Of a stretch of 64,000 nt of DNA, positions 10,085 through 21,989 are shown piece by piece. The DNA lies in the NCBI GenBank assembly GCA_000004985.1, contig GG738880.1, one strand, 5' to 3'. The notes below the pieces were generated by a model. It was not told the DNA's origin and did not search any database. It saw nothing but the letters and a program-made list of their open reading frames with translations. Origin of the DNA: Naegleria gruberi (Eukaryota). Positions within the stretch are counted from its first letter, which is position 1. The number at the start of each line of letters is the position of its first letter. The translations under genes and the position numbers were made by a program.

Positions 10085-11918
10085 TCATTTCTTTTTATTC
10101 GTCTTCTTGTTGGGTTTCTGTTTGTTCGCAGAAGCATTTGATGTGGAGTTTCTTCTCTTTTTCTGATTGGTTTCAGAACTATTTCCTATGGAACTTTCTT
10201 CACCAATTGGTTTTTTCTGTTCCATTTCCCTCTTTGTCTTACTTCTCTGCCATAATAACTCGGATCTGTAAAGTATATCGCCCGAATCTCGATCAATGAG
10301 GAGGAGAAAGATTATTTTCTTGGGAGCCGATTCTCCTTTCTTTTTCTTTTTTGGAGAGGAGGTGTATTCAATGAAGGAGGAGCTATTGTCAGAGTCGTCA
10401 GAGTGAGGCAATTTGTTATTGTTGTTTGGCGAGGAAGAGCTTGCAATGACAGAGTTTAGTTTCTCCTTTCTTTTACCTCTTTTGGAAGTATTATCCCTCT
10501 TAATTGGTACCTTAATTGAAAAACCAGAAGGGAGATTAGGATCTTGAAGATTGGAAACGAAACGACTATCTGATAAATTCTCATAAAATTCCAAAGCAGT
10601 GAGGTGATCAATTTGTGAAATGTTATTAATCACTTCATTTGGATTCTCGACAACGGAAGAAACTAAATAGCTTCTCATTTGGAGCTGCACTCTATCACAG
10701 AACAAATCCTCAATTCTATTCGAATCAAATCTTGGAATATGCACCAAAATATCATCATTCACAAAAACACTATGAGTAGCTCCCAGTGGCTTGTGATAAA
10801 TATTAATTGTAAATTTTGGATTACATGTCAAAATTATACTTGTTGGAGCTTGTGTGAAAAACCATCCTCCAAACTCTTCATCTTGCAGAATTGACCTGCA
10901 TTCTTCTTCATCATCATCTTGATCTTCTTGCACGACATGGGTTGTGATTTTTTGTAAAGTAGGTTCTGGATTATTTGTTGATCCTTGACTATTGGAACCA
11001 CTCGAAAATCTTGAACGTTTTCCATGTGAATTGTTGGTAATCCATGTGGAGGAAGCTGATGATGAGTGATCATCGTTGTTGGAATTTGTAATTGTTGGTT
11101 GGGAGACTGCTGGTGAAACTATGGAGGTGGAATGAGTGGTTTGGAGTGGATTTAGAACTTGGTTGGTGGATTGTGTTTTGCTTTCTTGTTGAAATGTCTT
11201 GCTATTCGAAACTTGTTCTGATTTTTCAGTGTGTTCGATCCAGTTGCATGGATCAAGAAATAAGGAATCAATATCCAGTTTCAGTAAAGAGTTATTCGAA
11301 TTATTGTTTGTTGCATTCAATCCCAAGGAATCTTGAAAACTATCGAATATGCTTTGGTCGAAACTAACATTGTTAGTATTGCATACAATTATTGTTACTG
11401 CCAGTATCTGAAAATAAACTTCTAAAAAGGATATCATCTCGTAAAAACTCTGTATTGTTGTTACCAAAAGAGGAAACTAAACCATTAGACGAAAGTTGTC
11501 GTTCATTATTCGAAGGAGGCACAAAACGATTATTGGAAACAGAAGCATTCGATGGAGGTAGACATGAAGGTTGTTGTTGATTATTAGAGAGGAAGACAAA
11601 AGGAGGTGAGGATTGGAAAGATATTGAAGAAGTTTGAACAGGATTCGAATAAGAATTATTTGGAAACAACATGTTGCTTGATTGTTGCTCATGTTGCTGA
11701 TGTGTTTGTTGCCCATTTGGAATAATCATGTTTAGATTTTGGTGAAGAAACTGATGGTAGGGAATCAATTTGTTTAAAATTGTCATGTTTTCGAAAGAAA
11801 ACGAAAGTAAATTAATATGTTGAAGATCTTTGTAAATCGCCAACGACCGTGATAAAATGTTAACAGAGAAAGGAAGAAACAGTAACTTCTTAGATATGAA
11901 GGTTGTTGATATTTGCAC
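10085..11918 (-). CDS. Hypothetical low-complexity (Asn/Ser/Gln-rich) protein with Lys-rich C-terminus; probably 2 exons: complement 11465..11918, 10085..11421
   Basis: Two overlapping minus-strand ORFs in different frames become one frame if a 43-nt intron is removed (minus-strand GGTAACAACAATACAG...CTTTTTAG at plus 11422..11464). The join is phase 1. The likely initiator is the ATG of MTILNKLIPYHQ (near 11790) rather than the top of the ORF. No recognisable catalytic domain. Confidence 0.45.
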
Positions 11919-13461
11919 TACCTTCGTACTTTGTTGTTTTTTTCACAAACACCAACAGACGAATCAAACTAAATAATTAGAAACCTACGAGCAGATCAAA
12001 TATATTGAGAGGATTTTAGGCATTGAGTAATAGAGCCTAGCAGATTACTTGTGGAGAGGAAATTGTAAATAGCAAAACGCAGGTTGAAGAGCTCGATACG
12101 AATACGCAAAGATGTCATCATTCAAAACTATTAGAAACTAATTTTTGGTCAGCTAATCAAAATTGGTTATTGGAATTTACAAGACATTAGACGAAAACAA
12201 TTTAAACCATAAACATGAAAGTTATTGGATTAAAATAATATTTAATTTATATTAGAAAAGTTGATTTCAATTCAGCGGCTCATTAACAAAAATTGCTTCC
12301 TGTTGCTTTGGTATCAATTGGGAGGTTTTACATGAAATGCATGCAATCGTTCACTTGCGAATAAATAATCCATTAAAGAGAATTTCAGTGAATAGTCATT
12401 TTGATTTGTCCCTCTTCCTATGTTGATGACCGAATGTGAAACCAAACATTTGATGAATTATGTAAATTATGTTCAACATGAGAGAACCGTTAAAGAGAGA
12501 GGAGTGCTTTCAAACCCTTATATCCAAAATTCGCTCAAGTTGTCTTCCATCTATCAAGTGCAATGGAATCTGTTTGTGTGGATCGGATAATATTGCAATT
12601 TCCTTTTATGAGCAGGGAGCGAATAGAAATCAAACCTTGCCTTTTAGAAATTCCACCTTAATTGTTGTAAATTCTTGGAATTATTATTTTGTTTTGATTT
12701 TAATCAAGTGATTAATTTTTGCTGGGATGTGAAATACTTCTGTGAAACTTGTGGTTCATTGAACGAAATGGCACAAGTATTCGTTCTGTCTTTGTTCTGA
12801 CGTGGAATGAAATGGGTCATCTCTCAATTTTATGCTGAAGAGTGCCTGAAACTATTGTAAGATGGATTTTTGACACAATTCAACATTAGATCGAGGAACA
12901 AGAGGTAAATTTTCTGTTCAATAAGGAGACTAATTCATTTTGGAAAGTGAGCAGTGTGGTATATGAATCTAAATAAAATTAGTAGATCGATCGAAATAGT
13001 TAGAGGATTTTAGGCTATCCTATCTTGTTGATAAATTTTCCCGCCTTATTCTTGTAAATTTTTTAGATTATTTTATTTTTTAATTAAAAAAAAAGCTGCA
13101 TGTGATAGTCTTTGGATGTTATTGTCTAGTGGGTGCATGGTGTGGTTTACTATTCTTGGGAATTAATTATTATGTTTTTTGTGATATCATGATCAGCATG
13201 ATTCCAAGAATATGTGTCCAGATTATTCTAATCAATTTATGATGATAACAATTTTCCATTAATATTATTCATGGAGTTGATGCACTAAGTGGTCTATATC
13301 CGAGGATCTGGATAACTCGTTACCACATTGATATTTTCGAGTACTACATACGATAAGGACTACGTTCGTTCAACTGGAGTTTATCAACTAATCTAAATGA
13401 ACAAAATAGAATAATTTCCTTTAAGAAAATAAGAAGAAATCTCTTGCACTGTCTTAACAGA

Positions 13462-15921
13462 ATGTTTTCATACGGTGACAATCAACCGAATAACAACAAC
13501 CTTGGCCAATATCAACATCGAAGAGAATCAATAATTGGAGGAAGGACAAAGAAGAAGTCAACTTCACGATCTAAACAATCGGATTTCCCAGTTGCTTTCT
13601 ACTCTGATTTTGATAGTGATGATATTGATGAGGCTCCTATCATTCGTCTAAATAATTCTAAAGAAGAATCAAACGAAACTGAATCAAACATCCAAACAAC
13701 ACCACGAAAGAAAAAACGAAAGAAACGACAATCTTCTTGTGGAGAATGCGGAGTAAACTGTAGAAGATATGGTTTCCGAATTATGAACCTAATTTTTGTC
13801 TTGTTTGTTTTTCAAACATTTTTTGGGATTTTGGCTTCTTTCGTCTTGCTGTTCTCTAGTGGATCCGATATTTACAAAAACACAAATGGATACGAAAGGT
13901 GGCAAATGAGCTACAAACTAAGGATGGGAGTTGTGAAAATTCAAAATTCTGCTAGAACTCTGGTTGACTTGATGTTTTACACTCTCTACATTGGAAGATT
14001 GATGGAATTGGATCATGAAATTGAGTGGATGCGATTATTACGAACAGCTGAGAGAATGATTATCAGTCGACAAATATCTTCCATTCAATTTATACGATAT
14101 GATGATTATTATATACTGTATAGAAACCATCTATTCGAAACGAGCAAACATTTCAATACATCAGAGGGCTTGAAAAAACATTTCGTTTATGCTGTAAGGA
14201 ATAATAGTGCACTCCTATTGTCGTATTATGATTTGCAATTGGTTGATAGAGAACACCATCATATTACTTCACCAACGGATAGTGATTGGTATAGGGAGGT
14301 GCAGAGTTCACGTAAGGCGTCTGAGCCTTGTTGGACTCACGCATATTTGAATGAGGAGAACTTGTATTCAGTTTATTTTGCCTATCCAATTTATAGCCAA
14401 ATTCCAACAAGAAACCTGAGCATGTCAGAGGTTAATGAAACTATTGTTGCTACTCAACCAAAAGATTTAGTGCAGTTTAATGGCACATCTGAGGATTATT
14501 TATTTGGAATTGTTGCATTAGAGTTCAAGATCCAATATGTCAACACCTTTCTGAACACTTCCTCTTCGCTACAATCATTCATAATCAATGGAACTGGATA
14601 TGTTTTGGCAAGGAGTAGTGATAGCGACTCTTCTATTGATGAACTTGCTCGTGAAATATATAATACTGGATTACTAAACATGAATCTGAGTGCCAACGAA
14701 TCGTACATTTTTGATTATAAGGGGAAAGTAGTGGAGATTTCAACAGTTAGAGATAATTACAATTTAACTTGGGCTGTTGTGACAACGAGTTTGGAAAGAA
14801 GTTATTTCTCAGAAGTCATATCCACGGGTGTTGTTTCCGTCATTTTATTTATTATCTTATTTGTATTAGAAACCTTAATTGTATTGTGTATTGTTCAATC
14901 TATTAACCAGCCTCTGATAGATATTACCAAACAAATGAATAATCTCATTTCATTTAAAGGCTTGGAATCTCCATACAAGAAACATGCAACAGTATTCAAT
15001 GAAATTAGAGAAATGGATGAAAATATACAAATTACACAGAGAGGAATATTTGCATTCAGCAAGTATGTTCCACACATTGTTGCCAAGATGATTGTCTCAA
15101 ATATGCAAGAGTATGGGAAAATTGGTTTGGAATTAGAACCTAGCATGACAGTCATGTATTGTGGAGTCAATAATTTTGCAGCACTTGCTGAAAAAACCGA
15201 AACCACAGCATTTATTCGAGTCATTACCGAATATTATAGCTCTATATCACAGGTAATTGAAGCTCATTATGGAATTATTGATAAATTCATTGAAGGTACT
15301 ATTATGATATTTTGGAATGAAAAATCATTCAGATGTGCCAATCATGAATCGCGAGCCTGTAAAGCTGCCATTGAGTGTATGGAAATATTAGAAGGTTTAA
15401 ACACTAAATGGAATAATTTAATGGGTATTCAATTGAGTATTTCTATTGGAATCACATGTGGTGAAATGCTTGTTGGTTGTCTAGGAAATAAGAGTAGAAT
15501 GTCATTTACTGTGATTGGTGATGCCTGTAATATTGCATTAAGATTACAATCCCTAGCTCCAAATTATTGTGCCATCCTTGTAAGTGGCGAGATTGTTGAG
15601 AGAGTGAAGGAAGAGTTTGTTTTGTATTTTGTTGATCTAATCAAATTGAGAGGAAAGAGTAATCCAACATGTGTTTACAATCTAGTAGCATTCAGGAGTG
15701 AGGCTTCTGATTTGGAGAAAAAGTTGGAAAATGACTTGTTGCAAGCCAAAGAGCTTCTCTTCGCTGGTCAGTATCTCCAATTTTATAGTGTTTGTGAAAG
15801 ATTGGCTGATGTGTGGAGTGATTCGGCAATAGTTGTAAAGTTGTTCGAAAGAGCTAAACGATTGGTTGCATCAGAAGAGAATATAAGCGATTCAGACAAG
15901 TCTGATAGTGTCTTTTTATGA
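13462..15921 (+). CDS. Class III adenylyl/guanylyl cyclase, membrane-anchored, with an extracytoplasmic sensor region between two TM helices
   Basis: Continuous ORF (opens at TTG 13444; first ATG at 13462). TM1 is IMNLIFVLFVFQTFFGILASFVLLF. A ~330-aa loop follows, then TM2 VVSVILFIILFVLETLIVLCIVQSI. The C-terminal cyclase homology domain has the motifs VMYCGVNNFAALAEK, IDKFIEGTIMIFW and IGITCGEMLVGCLGNKSRMSFTVIGDACNIALRLQSLA. Confidence 0.8.
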   Translation: MFSYGDNQPNNNNLGQYQHRRESIIGGRTKKKSTSRSKQSDFPVAFYSDFDSDDIDEAPIIRLNNSKEESNETESNIQTTPRKKKRKKRQSSCGECGVNCRRYGFRIMNLIFVLFVFQTFFGILASFVLLFSSGSDIYKNTNGYERWQMSYKLRMGVVKIQNSARTLVDLMFYTLYIGRLMELDHEIEWMRLLRTAERMIISRQISSIQFIRYDDYYILYRNHLFETSKHFNTSEGLKKHFVYAVRNNSALLLSYYDLQLVDREHHHITSPTDSDWYREVQSSRKASEPCWTHAYLNEENLYSVYFAYPIYSQIPTRNLSMSEVNETIVATQPKDLVQFNGTSEDYLFGIVALEFKIQYVNTFLNTSSSLQSFIINGTGYVLARSSDSDSSIDELAREIYNTGLLNMNLSANESYIFDYKGKVVEISTVRDNYNLTWAVVTTSLERSYFSEVISTGVVSVILFIILFVLETLIVLCIVQSINQPLIDITKQMNNLISFKGLESPYKKHATVFNEIREMDENIQITQRGIFAFSKYVPHIVAKMIVSNMQEYGKIGLELEPSMTVMYCGVNNFAALAEKTETTAFIRVITEYYSSISQVIEAHYGIIDKFIEGTIMIFWNEKSFRCANHESRACKAAIECMEILEGLNTKWNNLMGIQLSISIGITCGEMLVGCLGNKSRMSFTVIGDACNIALRLQSLAPNYCAILVSGEIVERVKEEFVLYFVDLIKLRGKSNPTCVYNLVAFRSEASDLEKKLENDLLQAKELLFAGQYLQFYSVCERLADVWSDSAIVVKLFERAKRLVASEENISDSDKSDSVFL

Positions 15922-15932
15922 GTGGAAGCCAT

Positions 15933-18900
15933 CTAACTAATGATTTTAAATTGTTTGGCTAGTAATTGTTGCATATTTAGCAATACACTTGCAAATTCCT
16001 TATTTCTGCCAATTTCTAACAGTTGAGGATGAAGGAAAATATCGCTGGTTATGCACGTCTCTCCAGGAACATGTGATTCAAAGATTGTATCCTTTATCTT
16101 TGTGCATGATTCATAACTGTGATTGGCTATGAATAGTTTGTCCTCGACAGAAATAGTTGGATGGGACAATAATGTTTCAATCAAGGCCTTCCACTCATTA
16201 ACACAAGAAGAGTTGGCAGAGTCAATTAACTTTCTAAAGAAATCTCTCTTGAAATACGTTTCAAATAATTGATGAAATAAAGGAGGACATGCCCACATTA
16301 TTGAACACATGTAAACAACAAAGGATGGCCGAAAAGTTTCCTCATTTCTTATATCATTCATAATGGAAGAAACAATAAATTCGTTCCACATACTCTGAGC
16401 AAGTATTGATTCTGACATATTCCTCTTAATTTCCAACAAGTAAAGAGATTTTACAGAATAAAGTGCCAATAAATCTTCATTCTATACATAGGTATCAAAA
16501 AATATTAGTCGACACTGAAGATATGATTGTACTTACACTTAAAATATTATTCAGTAATGAATAAGCCAAGGTAAAACTCCAAACTTTCGAATGATCAATC
16601 TTGCTACTTGTTGACAATATTGTGTGGAATGTACATGTTGAAAGAATTCTTAAAAGTGGAGAATCATTATTCAAATATTGAATGGTAAATTTCAACAATG
16701 TTTCACAAATTTGGGAATTCTCTTCGCTTGATCCCACCATACTACGAAGCAAGGCTGTTATGAGTTGAAAGATGCTAATAATAAAACCACTTGCAATATT
16801 CTCTGAATCAAATAAAGTGAGTAATTTCTCTATGGATTGAAGTGACCTTGTCAAGTTGGATTTGACTTGAAAGCTAGAGAGTCTCTGTAAAGAAATGCCA
16901 TTATCATCTGCTGATCTTATCAAGTAGATAATTTTCGTTAGTATATTCATAGTGAGGCCAATAGTCTTCAAATCTAGCTTTAGGTCTGAAAGAGAATGAA
17001 ATATTTTAGAATAGTGATTAAAAATAGTTGAGAGATAAACAACACTTCTCGAGAAATCCAATATGATGCTAGTGCATTTAGTAATCTCATCAAGAGTTGA
17101 TGTAAGGTTGGTGTTACATCCCTTCTTGAGTGAAATATAAATATTACTCAAAGTAGGTTCTATTATTTTCTGAATGACAAGTGTAGAGTCCTTCTCATGA
17201 ACCAGTGCTTCTGTTGTGAAGTATTCGCTCAGTATTCTCAAGAATTGGGTAGTTGAATTTTTCGATGTTGAATTTTCCATAAAGAGTGAAACTAGAGTTG
17301 GTACAAGATCCACTCTGGCATCCTTTAAAATACCAAGCAAATACGACTCTTGGCTATGTGATTGCATGTTGATAAGACCAGATAATAAGGTACGTGTAAT
17401 ACCACTTGTTGTGCTCTCCTGTTGAGAAGCCCATTTTACAAAGAGTGAGGTTCTCTCCTTGAAGGAAAAATTTGTCAACTTCATACACTCCAGATACCAA
17501 CCCAGAACCAAGTTAGATATTGTGGAGGGAATTGTGCCGAAAGAATAATGTAAGGAAAGACCAACAAAGAGTTCGGAAAGTCTGAGCCTGGAAAGAGTGC
17601 TCAAATTACTAAGGCTCTTATCAAGAATCATTGTTGAAATAGTGGACAATAATGTATTCAGTGGTGTAATAATTTCATTATTAAAAAGGGTGTAATGTAA
17701 AAGAGCAATTCCTAATGCACAAAGATCACTTCGTAACATACCAACAATGCTAGTTGGAGAAAAATCAATCTGATCCAATATGGAGCTCTCTACAGGTGAA
17801 TCCAATAAATCACTAGAGTGCAATACTAGGACTAATAGCTGTTTGTGAGCAAGTGTCATTTCACAGGATGAATTAATAGATAATGATACAAATTTCTTTT
17901 GCAATAGATAATCAAGAATACTGGCCCTTTTTTGTTGAACAAGTCTTTGATAGAAATAGTCGTGACATGTTCTCAAAAATCTTTCATGAAGACTCTCAGA
18001 GATATTAACATGCTCAAGAATGAGCTCATCAATTCTTGATAACAAATCTGATTGTTGAAATTCACTCAATCTTCCAAGCCCAATAGCACAAATCATAAAA
18101 GTAGCAAGTCCCTCTTCAACTTCATCCAAAACTCCATTTTTCAAAATAGTGCTAAATAATACTGTTAAATGGTGTACCAGTTTACTCGTATCGAGTGTAG
18201 ATTGTTGTATGAACATATAGCAAATCTCACAGAGAGTCTTGAAATTCAAGCCAATTGTTGTAACCATCTCCTTTACAACATCACTAGGAAAATTAATTAT
18301 TGTGATACTGATCTGTTCGCACAATGAATTGAAATTATTTTGAAAGTCTTTCTGGGTAGTAAGGCCAAATTCTACACTATTCAAATAGTACATGTAAAAT
18401 ATGCTCAGAATATTATTTGACAAATTCAAGTGGTCAATAGTTTCAACTTTGGATGGAAAAATCTTTAACAATGCTGTAATACCTAACTCTTGGAAATTAT
18501 GCAAAAAATTAGTACCAACCAAATTGTTTCCAGAAACCAAAAGGGAGTGAAATATGGCTAAAATTGATGGGCTTATTTCTCCAGTAGCATCCTTGTTAAG
18601 AGCTTCAAAAAGAAAGTCACTAATATCTGAATTTAAAAATTGAACTCTGGCATCTTGACTTTTTGTTGAGCATTCCAGTATGAGTTGGTTGCAAATAATT
18701 TGTATGGAAATGTTTGGAGAGAGAATCACTGATATGAGAGCATTAATTAATCTTTGGTAGTCAATGATGGAGAGTACATCAAGAGCCTCCCTGTCAAACC
18801 TAACAAGACAATGCAAAACAGCCAAAGCATTAATATGAAGATCTTCATCCTCAGCCTTCAACAAACAAGCAAGAACAGTGTCAATGAATGTCTCATTGGA

Positions 18901-19891
18901 TTTGTTGTTCCACACACCATGTGCAATTCGAGTACAATCACTGTGTAGTTGAATAATTTGGCATAATTTCAATATGATGAATAGAACATCAGACTTTTGT
19001 TCATTTTCCGTCTTGTTGAATGATAGCTGATTGGAAGTAAAGTTGTTGATGAGGATGATGAGCAGTGAAGAGAAGGCTTCCACAGGTATGTTCACTACAT
19101 TCCAACAATCTTCAGATTGAAGACTTCTACAAATCTTGTCAACTAATAAACAGAGAAAGTTGGCACAAACATCACCAAATTGTTGTTGTTCTTCACTTAT
19201 TCCACACATCTAAAAGAACATCACATCCAGGTGGATTCGAATATTGAAGTTTAGAATATAGAGTTTAAAGCAAACTTACCACTTGCACAATTAGAGGAAA
19301 ATCTCTGGAAAGTAACTTATCAGTTGGAACAATTTCCAACCATAAGCGAATAACCTCTTCAAGTATGTTGTTCTCTCCCAATGATGATGCTTGGTATGCT
19401 GATTTAGTCTTCAAGCCTCCTTGACTATTGTCCAACACGAGTGATGATGAAGCAGGAAGGATAGCTTTCAAACAAGTGGAAAGTAACAAAGGACCTACAT
19501 GATCCAAATCATTGACCATTGAATTGATTTTAGGATTCATCCCAGAGGCTAGTGAAGATATAATCATGGCCGAGGAAGAAGGACAAAGAAGTTGCTTCAA
19601 CACATCTAATAGTTTAATCTTCCTCAACGATAATTGGCTCTTATCAAACAGGAATGCCAAGGCACATTCAAGACAAATTGCTTGTTGTGTTGCTTGTTGT
19701 CCAATAGGAAAAGCACTAGTTACATTGTTATGGATTGATGTTGTTCCTCCTATGGTAGATGGTAATGAAGATAGGATGGAGAGAGGATTATGTAAATGAT
19801 GAGAGGAAGCAGCCATTGATGATGAAAGTAGACTACTCGGAAGGCTTGTTGTTGTGGATGATCCAGAAATTGTCTTGTAGTTGAACATCAT
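15933..19891 (-). CDS. Large (~1280 aa) alpha-helical ARM/HEAT-like repeat protein, function unknown; 3 exons: complement 19280..19891, 16537..19209, 15933..16481
   Basis: Three minus-strand ORFs join in phase 0 via two introns. One is GTAAGTTTGCTTTAAAC...TTCTTTTAG at plus 19210..19279 (70 nt). The other is GTAAGTACAATC...CTATGTATAG at plus 16482..16536 (55 nt). The protein is Leu-rich and helical throughout with no catalytic motifs. Confidence 0.55.
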
Positions 19892-20404
19892 GCTGTTCTA
19901 TTTCTTTTTTAATTTTGATCATTGTAGTGAAATATACAAGTTGTAGTGTTGTACAAATAGTTACTTGTAGAAGGCTTTTAAAAGCAAGGCTTGTTTTCTT
20001 CTTTGAAAATTAAGGCTACGACGCAAAGCTTCCGAACATTTTTTATAAAAACCGCGGATAAATTTTACTCGAAATTTATTTTATTAATAAAATCTGATGT
20101 GTGTTTGAGGTCAAAACAATTGGCTACAAGCATATTTTATATATAGTGTTAAAGATTTGACTCTTTCAACCTGATTTCAATACAGATAGTATCCAAAATT
20201 TGAATAATACTTCCAAATAATCATGATATCAATCCCTCCTCATATCATGAAGTGAGGAATCATATTTATTTGAAGAATAACCTCAGGATAATTCGTAAGA
20301 TTTCAAGATCCTAAATACACCAAAGAACCCGTTCTTGAACAGTTGTAAAGTTCTTGTTGGGTGTTATGGTTGATTAGTTGTGTGAAAAGATACCAAAAGT
20401 AAGT

Positions 20405-21428
20405 TTATAAAAATATTAATACGAAACAAATCATAAACACAATGATTTGATGACCAAATGCTTGAAGAGTCAATTCTCCATTTTCCATTGAACTATTTCT
20501 TATAGATACATTTCTGAATGGTGGTGAAATTGAAGTTTTTGGGTTTGATGTTCCATTGTAAAATTGTGGAGCCCAGCTCATAAGAGGAGTTCCACCACCA
20601 GAACCCATTGAACCATTGGATGCAGCTACTTGTTGCCACATTCCCATATTCCAATTATCAACAACTGAAATATTTGAAAACAATAATTTCACATCGAGTG
20701 CCCACTGATTACCACGTGATCCAAATTTTAGACCATATGCTTTTTCAAACTGATCATTATAGCTTCCCTCAGCTGATATTTCAGTACCAATATTGATTGC
20801 ATTCCAAAAGGTGTCATCCACTAGATAGACTCCATAATTTTGAAGTGTCCCATAGAATAAATATCAATATTACTATTGAGAGCGAGTAGAGATCCTTTCT
20901 AAAATAATTTTTGGCTGCCCATAAATCAGCTTTTAAGGCATGACGTACTGGATGAACTGTTCCATTAGCATCTGGAATTAACTCTCCCAATCGAAGAGCT
21001 CCTCCAATAGATGACAATCCAGATCCTCCATGAGATCCAAGTCTTCCATCTCCATATAAATTAACCTTGATAATATTGGTCATGGAGGTTACATTTGATG
21101 TGGCAGTACTATTTGTACAATGACACAATGGTTGTGTCTGTACCAATGTCTGTCCATCTTGCATCAATATGGCAGCAGCATAATTAGCCAAACTAGATGG
21201 CAACACAAGATCACTTGGAAATGGAACAGTGGCCAAAACCTTTGGTGGATTCACAATATCACAACGTGCATTTCCTCCATTCCAAGAACCTGTCGAATAG
21301 TAAATTGGAGTGAGTGGATAACTAGAATTCATAATGAGCACATCTTCATCTGGTAGAATTATAGTACCACTATCAATGTTACGAATATTGGCAGGAACAT
21401 AGATTGCATTCTTTCCAATTGGTAAATT
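20405..21428 (-). CDS. Hypothetical secreted/GPI-anchored-like protein, frame disrupted near 20814-20821 (possible pseudogene, sequencing frameshift or unresolved intron)
   Basis: Two protein-like minus-strand ORFs overlap by 8 nt in different frames. The upstream one contains NGGNARCDIVNPP and YGDGRLGSHGGSG. The downstream one contains TFWNAINIGTEISAEGSYNDQFEKAYGLKFGSRGNQWALDV and ends in a hydrophobic tail (IIVFMICFVLIFL) compatible with a GPI signal or TM. The only candidate intron (GTAATA...TAG, 53 nt) gives the wrong phase. The upstream frame stays open to about 21428; the start is unresolved. Confidence 0.4.
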
Positions 21429-21989
21429 CTATTGTAATCTGCGAATGGCCATTTGAGTGCAGAACGAGTGGAGGGAGATGGAGTAACTTGGAATGAATAG
21501 GTAGCAGTAGCTTTTCTCTAAACATAATCTAAAACTTCTGATAATCTATTCCAACTTAAATTCAAGCATTCCATTAGAAATCCCTTGTCGTCTTTGCTCG
21601 TTTTCATTTCATTGAAGAAATAGGAAAATATTTTATATTTTTTAAAAAAAAATTATCTAAACCAAAATGATGTTTGATAACACACCAAGTTTGCTTCCTG
21701 AGCGAAAGATGCACTTGTTCTTCCTTCGACATTTGCTTGTTGTTTGTAATCTGTGCACTTTAAAAACTCTAACCTGATGATTAATCATTTGACCTCCACC
21801 GAGGTTGTACTGATGTAACTTGATTGAAAAAGTGATTCCCCTAACTGATAGAGTAGATTTTATTCACCAAATGAAACATTCTTTTTTGGCACATTTTGAA
21901 TCCAAAGATAAAAACCTTTGATATTTGGGTGTATACTGAAAAAAGAGCGCCAAATAATCAGTACTATTTCTTAAAGCATTAGAAAAAAA

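Noticed and set aside
11373-11467. Alternative 35-nt intron (GTAACAATAATTG...ACTAACAATGTTAG) with a perfect ACTAAC branch site, linking the two ORFs of the 10085..11918 gene
   Set aside because: Although the signals look attractive, the phase is wrong. The join is out of frame by one base. The 43-nt GTAACAACA...CTTTTTAG intron slightly upstream gives an in-frame product instead.
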